Shown here piece by piece: positions 43,560 through 52,230 of a stretch of DNA of 62,695 nucleotides; within the stretch, counting starts at the first letter, position 1; every line of letters begins with the position of its first letter. The notes beneath the pieces are model-generated. The model was not told the origin of the DNA. It did not search any database and saw only the letters and a program-made list of their open reading frames with translations. This DNA is from Clostridia bacterium. GTDB lineage: Bacteria; Bacillota; Clostridia; Oscillospirales; CAG-272. The stretch covers positions 1 to 62,695 of the forward strand of contig CAAGDE010000071.1 of the NCBI GenBank assembly GCA_900768535.1. Direction: 5' to 3'. Position numbers and translations under genes: made by a program.

Positions 43560-45245
43560 ATGAAAAGAATACTATCCGTATGCTTGACCTTTTGTATGCT
43601 CTTGGGGGCGGTTTCCGGGCTTTCGCTTCTGACCGGTGCCACCGGATCGGCGGCGGTCTGGGACGGCAGCACGGACACCTCATGGTATAACACGACCGAT
43701 ACCGTCTTTACCCTGACCGACGGTGCCGACCTCGCGGGCTTTGCGGCAATCGTGAACGGCACGGCGGAGGGGATTACACAGACCAATTTCGATGGAAAAA
43801 CCGTGCGTCTCGGCGCAAATATCGTTCTGAACGAAGGCGACGCCAAGACCTGGGGACCATCGACTGCGGGACTGCAGGCGTTTCCGATGATCGGAAACCT
43901 GAAGGGGTCGACTTATGCGGAAACCGATGAGCCGAAATATTTTGCGGGCGAATTTGACGGGCAGGGATATACGGTCTCCGGGCTGTTCATCAATGAAAAG
44001 GTGAATTCCCGCGGTGAGGGATCGGCACTGTTTGCAGCCGTATACGGCTCGGCAAGCCTGCACGACTTCTCTCTTGTCAATTCGTACATCAGAAATCCTA
44101 ACAATTATTCGGCAGCGGCAATTACGGCATATGTAATGCCGAAATCCTCCGCAGAGGCGGACGCATTTCATATCTATAACATCTACACAGATGCGATCGT
44201 AACCGCCTCGAACGACAAAAACTACGGCATTGGCGGAATTGTCGGACGGATCGGGTATGCATGGAACAGTGCAAAAGTCAATGCCTATAACACAATCTCC
44301 TCCTGTGTGTTTGCGGGGACGATCATCCATACCGGCACGGGGCTTGCCAATGCGGGCGGAATCATCGGAGATGTTTATGACCACGGCGTCAACATCACGG
44401 ACTGTCTGAACCTCGGAACGATCAGAAGCGTAAACGATAAGAATTACATTGGCGGTATTGTCGGAAGGGGAAATCCGAATAACAGTAAAATTACAGTAAC
44501 AAATTGCGTAAATGCGGTTACACCGGATACCGCAAATGCAACGGCAGCCGAAATTCTTTCCATGGAGAACAAATCGCCCCGCCCGGATTTTGCAGTGAAG
44601 GATTGCTTCTATGTGGGAAGCAAATATGCGGTCAACCGTGCGGGAACCGATCTCGGAGCAAAATTTCCGAAGATGATTTCCGCAACCAAGGTCACCGCAG
44701 AGCAACTGACGGGGCTTGGTGTTTCCGGGGAGATCACCTCCAAGCTGACCGGATGGATTCTGCGGGACGGACAGGTGATGATTCCTGCGGGCGCGGCGGC
44801 GGTTGTTCCGTCCGAGCCGTCCCATTTCGCACCGGTCACGGAGTGCGGCGTGGCGTTCCGCGGCGTGCAGAATACCGGTGTGCAGGACGGAAGCTTCAAC
44901 CTCCGCTTCATCGGAACGGTGGATTCCCTGCAATACTCCGCGCTCGGATATGATCTGTCTTGTACCTGGGCGGGCGGCGCAAAGCCGGAGGCGGCATTCA
45001 CGACCGACACCGTTTACAAGACCGTTACCGCAACCGGGAACGGAATGACAAAGCAGTATACGGCGGAAGGCTTCTCGGCGGCGTACCTTTGGGCAGTGAC
45101 GGTCACAGGCATTCCGGCGGCGGGTGACGTGACCTTTACCGTAAAGCCGTTCTCCTGCGATCCGGAAGGAAACAAGGCCACCCTCGGAACGTACACGCTG
45201 ATTTATCGGGACGGGCAGTTTGTCAGCCTGACAGAGCAGAAATAA
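43560..45245 (+). CDS. Secreted GLUG-type beta-helix protein with C-terminal beta-sandwich-like domain (paralogue 1)
   Basis: ORF 43464-45245. AAAGGAGGAATATC precedes the ATG at 43560. Signal peptide ILSVCLTFCMLLGAVSGLSLL. WDGSTDTSWYNTTD..FTLTDGADLAGFAAIVNGTAEG..FDGQGYTVSGLFI and IGGIVGR repeats. Confidence 0.8.
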   Translation: MKRILSVCLTFCMLLGAVSGLSLLTGATGSAAVWDGSTDTSWYNTTDTVFTLTDGADLAGFAAIVNGTAEGITQTNFDGKTVRLGANIVLNEGDAKTWGPSTAGLQAFPMIGNLKGSTYAETDEPKYFAGEFDGQGYTVSGLFINEKVNSRGEGSALFAAVYGSASLHDFSLVNSYIRNPNNYSAAAITAYVMPKSSAEADAFHIYNIYTDAIVTASNDKNYGIGGIVGRIGYAWNSAKVNAYNTISSCVFAGTIIHTGTGLANAGGIIGDVYDHGVNITDCLNLGTIRSVNDKNYIGGIVGRGNPNNSKITVTNCVNAVTPDTANATAAEILSMENKSPRPDFAVKDCFYVGSKYAVNRAGTDLGAKFPKMISATKVTAEQLTGLGVSGEITSKLTGWILRDGQVMIPAGAAAVVPSEPSHFAPVTECGVAFRGVQNTGVQDGSFNLRFIGTVDSLQYSALGYDLSCTWAGGAKPEAAFTTDTVYKTVTATGNGMTKQYTAEGFSAAYLWAVTVTGIPAAGDVTFTVKPFSCDPEGNKATLGTYTLIYRDGQFVSLTEQK

Positions 45246-45256
45246 GGGAGGTAAGC

Positions 45257-45400
45257 ATGATGAAAAAGCAATATTCGGCGCCTGAGATGATCTGTCACAA
45301 CATGGAATGGACGGATATTCTGACCACTTCCCTCAATTCCCTGGCATCCGGGGAGGGGAAATCCTACAACTTTAACGAATGGGGGGTATCATCGTTATGA
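45257..45400 (+). CDS. Unannotated small ORF (47 codons) between the GLUG paralogues
   Basis: AAGGGAGGTAAGC precedes the ATGATG at 45257. My translation is MMKKQYSAPEMICHNMEWTDILTTSLNSLASGEGKSYNFNEWGVSSL. The TGA at 45398-45400 overlaps the next ATG (ATGA). Not in the supplied ORF track, where no ORF is shorter than 60 aa. Confidence 0.5.
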   Translation: MMKKQYSAPEMICHNMEWTDILTTSLNSLASGEGKSYNFNEWGVSSL

Positions 45401-46896
45401 AAAGAAAAAGCCTGATTTGTTTTGTCCTGCTTTGCGCCCTGCTGGTTACGGCAGTCCTGTCGGTCTCCGGAGAGAATTCCGCATCGGTGCCTGCGGCATG
45501 GGACGGAAGCGCGGATACTTCGTGGTATAACACGACCGACAAAACCTTTACTTTGACGGACGCTGCCGATCTTGCGGGCTTTGCGTCGATTGTGAACGGC
45601 ACGGCAGAGGGGATTGCACAGTCCAATTTCCTCGGAAAGACCGTAAAGCTCGGTGCGGACATCCTGCTCAATGCGGGCGATGCGGCGTCCTGGACGAACG
45701 AAACGGAAGGACTTCAGGCATTCCCCATCATCGGAAACATCAGCGAAAAGGACGGCGCCGAGGACGCAAGCCTGCAGTTCAGCGGAGAATTTGACGGGCA
45801 GGGGCATACGATCTCCGGACTGTATGTCAACGGGCACTCCGACTGGTGGGAGGGCGCCGGGCTGTTTGCGGCAATCTACGGTCCCGCAAGCCTGCATGAC
45901 TTTGCCCTGGTCAATTCGGCTGTCTTTCAGCCCGGAAGATACAACGCCGCCGCCATCACGGCTTACGCGTTTGTCAAATCCGGTGAAGAGAAGGATGCCT
46001 TCCGCATTTACAACATTTACACCGATGCGTTTATCACTGCGTCCGGCGAAAAGACCGGAATCGGCGGCATTGTCGGGAAAATTTCCGACCCGACCTACAA
46101 GGATGTGAAAAACGCTTACGGCTCGATCCGTTCCTGCGTGTTTGCGGGAAAAATCACCCAGACCGGAAACTGCGCGGCTTATGCAGGCGGCATTCTCGGA
46201 AACGTGAACGATATCGGCGTGCAGATTTCCGACTGCCTGAACCTCGGAACCGTTGTCAGCCTGAACAACCGGGAGTACCTGGGCGGGATTGTCGGAAAGG
46301 GCGATACCAACCACTGCACCATCCGCATCCACCGTTGTGTGAGCGTGGTGGATCCCACCTCTACCAGCCGAAAGGTCGGCGGGATCATGGCGTTCGGCAA
46401 CAAGCCGATTGACGATGACGAATTTCTGGATTGCTTCACCGTCGGCGAGCGCTTTGCAATCTGCAAGGAGGGGAATGAAGCAACCGGAGACAGCATCCGG
46501 ACGGGGAAAACCACCCTGCAGGAGCTGATCGGAACGGAGGTCCCCGAAGCCGTGAAGGCTGCGCTGACCGGCTGGACCACGCGCGAGGGCGGGATCATTG
46601 TCCCTGCCGGTGTTGCCGCGCTGACACCGCTGTTCGGCGATGCACCGACCCCTCCGCCGGAGGACAACACGACCGGTGCACCGACCGGGGAGCCGACGGA
46701 TGCGCCCACCAAGCCAAGCGAGCTGCCTACCGCGGAAAAGCCCACGCAAAAGCCTCCCACACAGGAAAAACCGACCGGCACGACCGCTGAAAAACCGGCT
46801 GAAAAAGGCTGTCAGAGTGCCGCCGGAATCGCGCCGCTCCTGGCACTGATGCTCTCCGGAATTCTGATCGCGGAGAGAAAGAAAAGAAACCGCTGA
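45397..46896 (+). CDS. Secreted GLUG-type beta-helix protein with Pro/Thr-rich linker and C-terminal anchor (paralogue 2)
   Basis: ORF 45379-46896, ATG at 45397. Signal peptide LICFVLLCALLVTAVLSV. Roughly half the residues are identical by eye to 43560-45245 over the beta-helix. PT-rich stretch, then KGCQSAAGIAPLLALMLSGILIAERKKRNR. Confidence 0.8.
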   Translation: MKRKSLICFVLLCALLVTAVLSVSGENSASVPAAWDGSADTSWYNTTDKTFTLTDAADLAGFASIVNGTAEGIAQSNFLGKTVKLGADILLNAGDAASWTNETEGLQAFPIIGNISEKDGAEDASLQFSGEFDGQGHTISGLYVNGHSDWWEGAGLFAAIYGPASLHDFALVNSAVFQPGRYNAAAITAYAFVKSGEEKDAFRIYNIYTDAFITASGEKTGIGGIVGKISDPTYKDVKNAYGSIRSCVFAGKITQTGNCAAYAGGILGNVNDIGVQISDCLNLGTVVSLNNREYLGGIVGKGDTNHCTIRIHRCVSVVDPTSTSRKVGGIMAFGNKPIDDDEFLDCFTVGERFAICKEGNEATGDSIRTGKTTLQELIGTEVPEAVKAALTGWTTREGGIIVPAGVAALTPLFGDAPTPPPEDNTTGAPTGEPTDAPTKPSELPTAEKPTQKPPTQEKPTGTTAEKPAEKGCQSAAGIAPLLALMLSGILIAERKKRNR

Positions 46897-46898
46897 CG

Positions 46899-49022
46899 AT
46901 GAAAAAACTGATTGCACTTGCACTTTGTATCATGCTTGCGGCAGGACTGCTTTTGTCCTGCCGCAACGAAAACAAACCGTCCTCCCCGACCGATGACGGG
47001 ACGGAGAGCGGTACCGTTGCGCTCCGCCCGGAGGAGTGGACCCTGATCCGTCCCCAAAAGGCAAGTCCGGCGCTGACGGCGGAGATTAACCGTCTCAAGC
47101 GCGCCTGGGAGTCGGCAACGGGCGGGACCGTTGTGCTGAAAACCGATGCCGATCCGGAGGGGGCGCATGAGATTCTGATCGGGGAGACCTCCCGTGCGGC
47201 GTCCCAAAACGCGCGGGACGCCCTGCAGGGGGATCGGTATGCGCTGTTGTATGACGGGAAGCATATTGTGATTGTCGGCTCCTGCGATGCGCTGACGGCG
47301 GAGGGCGTCCGCTATTTTGCCGAAACGTATGTCGGCAATGCCCCCGCGCTGACTTTGCCGGACGGATTGCAGTATGTCAGCGAGGCGCTGGACGTGGTTT
47401 CGCTGACCGACGGAACCCGCTGTCGGTATCCGGTCATCTTTGCCGACGGGCTGGACAACACGCCGGACAAGGGGAATCAGAACCGTGTGGATTACACCGT
47501 TCAGCTGGCGCGGGATCTGCGGAACCGGCTGGAGGCGCTGACGGGTGCCGTTACCAACCTGAAGTCCGACTGGGTCAAAGTCGGAACGGATACCGCAGGC
47601 ACGTATGAAATTCTGATCGGAGACACGGCGCGCCCGGAATCGGCGCAGGCAAAGTCCCGCCTGAAGGGGGCGCAGGATTACGGCGTCTTTTTCATCGGAA
47701 ACAAGATCGTTGTCTCTGCCTGGACGGAGCAGACGCTTGGAAAAGCGGTGAATCTGTTTTTGGAGAACGTGGAGCTTTGGTGCGTTCCGGCTAAGGAGCG
47801 GATCACGGATATCCGCCTGCGGAAATCGGATCTGACGGATGCATACCGCGGCTGGCAAACGGATATCCCGCTGCCGGAGCGCGGCACGCTGTCCGGATGT
47901 GTGACCTGCGCGAACGATCAGCTGGAGTATGTATGGACCGATGTGCAGTCCGATGATTTTTCCGCCTATCGGACGAAGCTGGAGGCGGACGGGTATACTC
48001 TGCGGGACGAAAACCGGATCGGCGAGAATCGGTTTGCGACGTATGTCAGGGGAACCGCGTTCCTGCACGCGTCCTTTGTCCCGGACGGTTCGGCAGGAAC
48101 GCCCGCCATCCGGGTCATTACCGGTGTGACGAACAAGGCACCGTATCTGCCGGAACCGTCATCGGTCAGGCAGAAATTTGTGAAGATCACCGAATCCAAG
48201 CTGACGCAGATGGCGCTGGATTATCGGGCGGGCGACTACGGAATGTGCTACGTGGTGACGCTGGAGGACGGCAGCTTCCTGATTGTGGACGGCGGCGCAA
48301 ATGTCGGAAAGACCGACCACACCCGGCTTTGGAAGCTGCTGGGGCAGCTGAACGAACGCCCGGACGGGAAGATTGTGATTGCCGCTTGGATTCTGACGCA
48401 CAATCACGCCGACCATTACCAGGTCTTTGAGGATTTTTGCGCCGAATACGGCAGTCAGGTAACGATTGAATCGTTTATCTGCAACGTGCCGGACAGCATT
48501 GTGGCGTATAACTCCACCGACCCCGGAACGCACTATCAGAACGGATTTTCAAAATCGTCCCTTGCCGCAGGAGGCATCCGGAACATCAAGCCGCACGCGG
48601 GAATGAAGTGGTCGGTGCGCAATGCGGAGCTGGAGGTTCTGTTCACGCAGGAGGAGCTGTATCCCAAAAAGCTGTCGCTGTACAACGATTCCTCCATGGT
48701 CATCCGGATGACGCTTGCGGGACAGACCGTGCTTTGGCTGGGGGATATTCAGACAGACGCTTCCGATGTGATCTGTACCATGTACGGAGAGAATCTGAAA
48801 AGCGATATGGTTCAGGTCGCCCACCACGGCGGAAACGGCGCCACCGAGCAGATTTACACGCTGATCCGCCCGACAGTTGCATTCTGGCCGTGCGACCGTG
48901 CGAATTATCAGGGGTACATCCGCCATTTTCCCGCAAGCGACCTGCTGGCAAACCGGCTGGGCGTGAAGGAGAACATTGTTGCCGAGCCGGACCGTACCCT
49001 GACCCTTCCGTTCGTTCCCTGA
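46899..49022 (+). CDS. Lipoprotein with duplicated N-terminal domain and C-terminal MBL-fold metallo-hydrolase domain
   Basis: 707 aa. Lipobox LLLSC. Two related segments with ..EILIGETSRA.. and ..EILIGDTARP... MBL motif THNHADHY and a later VAHHG. Confidence 0.75.
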   Translation: MKKLIALALCIMLAAGLLLSCRNENKPSSPTDDGTESGTVALRPEEWTLIRPQKASPALTAEINRLKRAWESATGGTVVLKTDADPEGAHEILIGETSRAASQNARDALQGDRYALLYDGKHIVIVGSCDALTAEGVRYFAETYVGNAPALTLPDGLQYVSEALDVVSLTDGTRCRYPVIFADGLDNTPDKGNQNRVDYTVQLARDLRNRLEALTGAVTNLKSDWVKVGTDTAGTYEILIGDTARPESAQAKSRLKGAQDYGVFFIGNKIVVSAWTEQTLGKAVNLFLENVELWCVPAKERITDIRLRKSDLTDAYRGWQTDIPLPERGTLSGCVTCANDQLEYVWTDVQSDDFSAYRTKLEADGYTLRDENRIGENRFATYVRGTAFLHASFVPDGSAGTPAIRVITGVTNKAPYLPEPSSVRQKFVKITESKLTQMALDYRAGDYGMCYVVTLEDGSFLIVDGGANVGKTDHTRLWKLLGQLNERPDGKIVIAAWILTHNHADHYQVFEDFCAEYGSQVTIESFICNVPDSIVAYNSTDPGTHYQNGFSKSSLAAGGIRNIKPHAGMKWSVRNAELEVLFTQEELYPKKLSLYNDSSMVIRMTLAGQTVLWLGDIQTDASDVICTMYGENLKSDMVQVAHHGGNGATEQIYTLIRPTVAFWPCDRANYQGYIRHFPASDLLANRLGVKENIVAEPDRTLTLPFVP

Positions 49023-49027
49023 AAAAA

Positions 49028-49111
49028 GGACCGTAAATAAAATCCCCGCTCCAATGCATCCGATTGCCGAAAGGCTCCGGGATGCATTGGGGCGGGGATT
49101 ATTTACGGTCC
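49028..49111. terminator. Long (~32 bp stem) bidirectional hairpin between convergent genes
   Basis: GGACCGTAAATAAAATCCCCGCTCCAATGCATCC (49028-49061) pairs with GGATGCATTGGGGCGGGGATTATTTACGGTCC (49080-49111). Confidence 0.7.
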
Positions 49112-49123
49112 CGTTCTTTGTGA

Positions 49124-51214
49124 TCAAATCAAAACGCCGAAGAGCCGGATGGACGTTTTGCCGCCCTCGGCGTGCCGTTCGGGATAGATCCGGATTTCCC
49201 GGACGGAAATTTCAGGGCGGGGATTGGGAATCGTCCAGCCGTACACGGTGCGCGGTCCGGCATCGGAATCCGGCAGTGGGATGACATCGGTAAAGTAAGC
49301 CAGCGCACCGATCCATGCATCACGGGGGATGACCGCGGTCGGCAGGAAATCCGAAGCGGGGACCTCGCCCTCCGTGTCGGATTCGTCCTCCACGTTCTTT
49401 ACGAAACCGGACGGCAGCTCCGTCCCGAAGCCGCCGCGCAGGTCTCCGGTCGCCACGCCGTATTCCATAGGATATGCCTGTGCGGCGCCGTCCTCCCAGA
49501 TCAGGGTGCAGAAGCCGAGGATACGCGGTGCGGGGTCGCGGAAAAACCAGGTATAAACGCGGGGGAATGCCGCAGCTCCGTTCAGGTCAGCCGCCTGCAG
49601 CAGGGTAATTCCGGCACAGCACCGCCCGACGGGAACGGTCACATGGGAGCCGTCACCGCAGAACGGAACCGACAGCTTCTCCCCCGGAGATTCCGTTCCG
49701 TCCTGCATCACGGCTCCCGCCGGTGTCAGCAGCGTTTGCCCCATCTGAGGAATCGGTGCCGGCAGTCCGCGCACCATTGCGCGAAGCATCGGCATGATCC
49801 GGTTCGCGTCTGCCATCCATTCGTCCCGTACCGCATCGCGGAAATCGGTCCGCCAAAGCACCGCGGCGGAGAAGGCGAATTCAAAGAACCAGCCGTTCCT
49901 GCCGATCTCGTTTTCGTCCGCAACGCACCAGGTGGAGACCTCCGCGCCGATGACGTTCGGGCGGCGGGAGCGCTCCTCCCATCCCGTGACCGTTGTGCCG
50001 TGGAAGTTTCCGTAGATCTCGCGGAATCCGCGCTCCGCAAATTCCTGCTCGGAGCGGAAGGAGGAGGTATAGCACCAGTCCAGCATCGTAATGTCCCGCG
50101 GGATGCGGTCGATCGCGCCGAAGCAGGCGGGCTTTTCGTAATGCCGCCCGTAACAGCCGTCCTTCACAATCGCGTCCCCCATGCGTTTTCCGCCGGGCAG
50201 TGCAAAATTCTGCAGGGCTTCACCCCACATGAACAGCCGGACGCCGAGCTTTTCGTAAATGTTGTGCAGACGGTTGATTTCGGTTGCCAGCAGCTCCGCG
50301 CCGCTGTGCGTCCGGCACTTCGGGCAGACGCCGAGAATGCGGATCTCGTCATGACCGATGGAAACGCGGTCAAAGCCGATCAGGTCGTGCAGCTCGGTCG
50401 CAATGTCGGTATAGAGCCGGTAGGTTTCCTCGTTCAGCGGACAGCAGGTGTCGGGGTACGGCTCATACGGAATCTCCGCGATTTCGGGATGCGCGAGGGT
50501 CAGGTAGTAGCTGTGGCTGAGCGCCTGAATTTCCGGAATGACCTCCATTCCGAGGAACCGGGCGTGGTTGACGATGCGCATGAGCTGATCCCGGGACAGG
50601 ACATCGCCGCCCGCCAGCTCGATGTGCGTGGAGTCCTTCCACCAGATCTGCGAGCCCTGCAGTCCCTGCGGTCCGCCGGGGTAGCTTCTTGCCTCTCTGC
50701 AAAAGCGCCTCCAGGCGTCGGCAAGCTCCGGGTGACTGCGGTATTCGACCCCGCCGCCGATCTCCAGGAAAACCGTGTTGTATTTCAGAAACGCCAGGGC
50801 ATCCAGAATCCGGCAGAACGCATCGATCCCGTCCTTGGGCGGCAGATAGAAATGCGCGCCGCGCAAGGGGAGATACGGTGCGTCCGAAACGGTCATGCAG
50901 GGGAGCGTGCGGTCGGGGCGGATCAGCTGGGACAGGGTCGCGGCGGCAAATACGAAGCCCCGGCGCCCGCTTGCCCGAACGGTTACGCCGTCCTTTCCGC
51001 AAAGGATTCGGTAAGTGTCCGTGCTCAGCGAGGAGTCCCGCTCCAGGGTCAGATTGCCTTCCCCGCAGTGAAAATCCGAACGCCGGAGGATGTGCAGAAA
51101 CGCGCGGGCATCCTCTGCGCAGTCCGGGGTCGCGGTGATGCCGCCGTTCAGTGCCGTAACCCCATCTGATGGGGTGATGTGTCGGGGGAGAGGGAAGACT
51201 TGGGGGAGTGTCAT
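49124..51214 (-). CDS. Glycoside hydrolase family 20-like protein (hexosaminidase fold), cytoplasmic
   Basis: ORF 49124-51325. ATG at 51214 forms an ATGA overlap with the AraC gene stop. PLRGAHFYLPP..TVFLEIGGG.. TIM-barrel start and SIGHDEI, resembling the GH20 D-E catalytic pair. No signal peptide. Confidence 0.55.
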   Translation of the reverse strand: MTLPQVFPLPRHITPSDGVTALNGGITATPDCAEDARAFLHILRRSDFHCGEGNLTLERDSSLSTDTYRILCGKDGVTVRASGRRGFVFAAATLSQLIRPDRTLPCMTVSDAPYLPLRGAHFYLPPKDGIDAFCRILDALAFLKYNTVFLEIGGGVEYRSHPELADAWRRFCREARSYPGGPQGLQGSQIWWKDSTHIELAGGDVLSRDQLMRIVNHARFLGMEVIPEIQALSHSYYLTLAHPEIAEIPYEPYPDTCCPLNEETYRLYTDIATELHDLIGFDRVSIGHDEIRILGVCPKCRTHSGAELLATEINRLHNIYEKLGVRLFMWGEALQNFALPGGKRMGDAIVKDGCYGRHYEKPACFGAIDRIPRDITMLDWCYTSSFRSEQEFAERGFREIYGNFHGTTVTGWEERSRRPNVIGAEVSTWCVADENEIGRNGWFFEFAFSAAVLWRTDFRDAVRDEWMADANRIMPMLRAMVRGLPAPIPQMGQTLLTPAGAVMQDGTESPGEKLSVPFCGDGSHVTVPVGRCCAGITLLQAADLNGAAAFPRVYTWFFRDPAPRILGFCTLIWEDGAAQAYPMEYGVATGDLRGGFGTELPSGFVKNVEDESDTEGEVPASDFLPTAVIPRDAWIGALAYFTDVIPLPDSDAGPRTVYGWTIPNPRPEISVREIRIYPERHAEGGKTSIRLFGVLI

Positions 51215-52050
51215 GATTGCTGTTCCTTTCCGTTGCGCATACATTGCATTTGATATTTTTTCGGTGTGACGCCGGTGATTTCCTTGAAGGATTTGGAGAA
51301 ATAGGCGCTGTCGTTGAAGCCGCACGCCATGGCGACATCGGTCACGCGCCGGTCGCTTTGGGAGAGCAGCTTCTGTGCCGCCGTGATGCGGGTGAGCATA
51401 ATGTAATAGTTCAGCCCGATCCCCGTGACCTTTTTGAACAGCTTGGAGAGGTAGCCGCTGCTCAGGGCATATTTTTTGGACAGGACATCCAGATTCAGCT
51501 CCTGCGAGATGTTGTCTGCAATGAATTTGGTTGCCTCCATAATGATCCGGTAGGTTTCAGGGTATTGGGGCGGTTCCTTTGCCTGATTCTGCCGGTACCG
51601 GGAGATCAGGATGAGCAGCTCCTGCAGATACAGCTTTTGCATTTTCCGGTAATCCTGCTGGTGTCCGCCGCTTTCCTCTTCTATGAGCGCCAGGAGCTTC
51701 CGGATGCGGGGGAGGTGCTCCGGGCGGATCCGGATATGCCGGTTTTCCGACATCTCGCGGACGAAGCGCAGATATTCCGGACCGACAAAATCATCGTCGA
51801 ATACCAGAATCATCCGGCTGATATCCGTGTGGTTGGAGCAGTCCGTCTGGTGATAGATTCCTTTGGGGATGAAAGCGAAATCGTTTTGCTCCAGGTAGTA
51901 AAGATCGTTTCCGATCAGGTAGGTTACCTTTCCGCGCTCCAGAAAATACAGCTCATGATGGTTGTGAAAGTGAATCACCGGCATCTTGGTTCCGACCGGA
52001 TACACCTTATGCTCAAAGAAATCAATTTTGTCCGTATGGAAAACTGCCAT
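51211..52050 (-). CDS. AraC family transcriptional regulator
   Basis: ORF 51211-52095. GGAG lies 6 nt before the ATG at 52050. Cupin N-terminus (MPVIHFHNHHELYFLERG) and C-terminal HTH (GYLSKLFKKVTGIGLNYYI..R). Confidence 0.85.
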   Translation of the reverse strand: MAVFHTDKIDFFEHKVYPVGTKMPVIHFHNHHELYFLERGKVTYLIGNDLYYLEQNDFAFIPKGIYHQTDCSNHTDISRMILVFDDDFVGPEYLRFVREMSENRHIRIRPEHLPRIRKLLALIEEESGGHQQDYRKMQKLYLQELLILISRYRQNQAKEPPQYPETYRIIMEATKFIADNISQELNLDVLSKKYALSSGYLSKLFKKVTGIGLNYYIMLTRITAAQKLLSQSDRRVTDVAMACGFNDSAYFSKSFKEITGVTPKKYQMQCMRNGKEQQS

Positions 52051-52230
52051 CTCTGCTCCAATCCCTCCGAATGCTGCCCGGAGACCTCGTTGCATTTATT
52101 ATAGCACGCCGATTTCGAAAAGTCAACCATTTTTTTGTTTTTTTCTCCGAAAGAAGCCCGAAAAATACATGAAAACAGAAAGAAATAGTTGTATAATAAG
52201 AATAGTTAGCATGGGAAATTGGAGGCTTTT

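Noticed and set aside
43680-46923. Long minus-strand ORFs (43680-44933, 45364-46923, 46812-48068) antisense to the GLUG and lipoprotein genes
   Set aside because: No RBS and low-complexity translations. The sense genes are paralogous to each other, which supports the plus-strand reading.
49172-51169. 665-aa plus-strand ORF antisense to the GH20-like gene, and likewise 51217-52104, 53507-55093, 55235-57064, 58797-59912 and 60715-61971
   Set aside because: All are antisense to motif-supported genes and Arg/Gly/Pro-rich.
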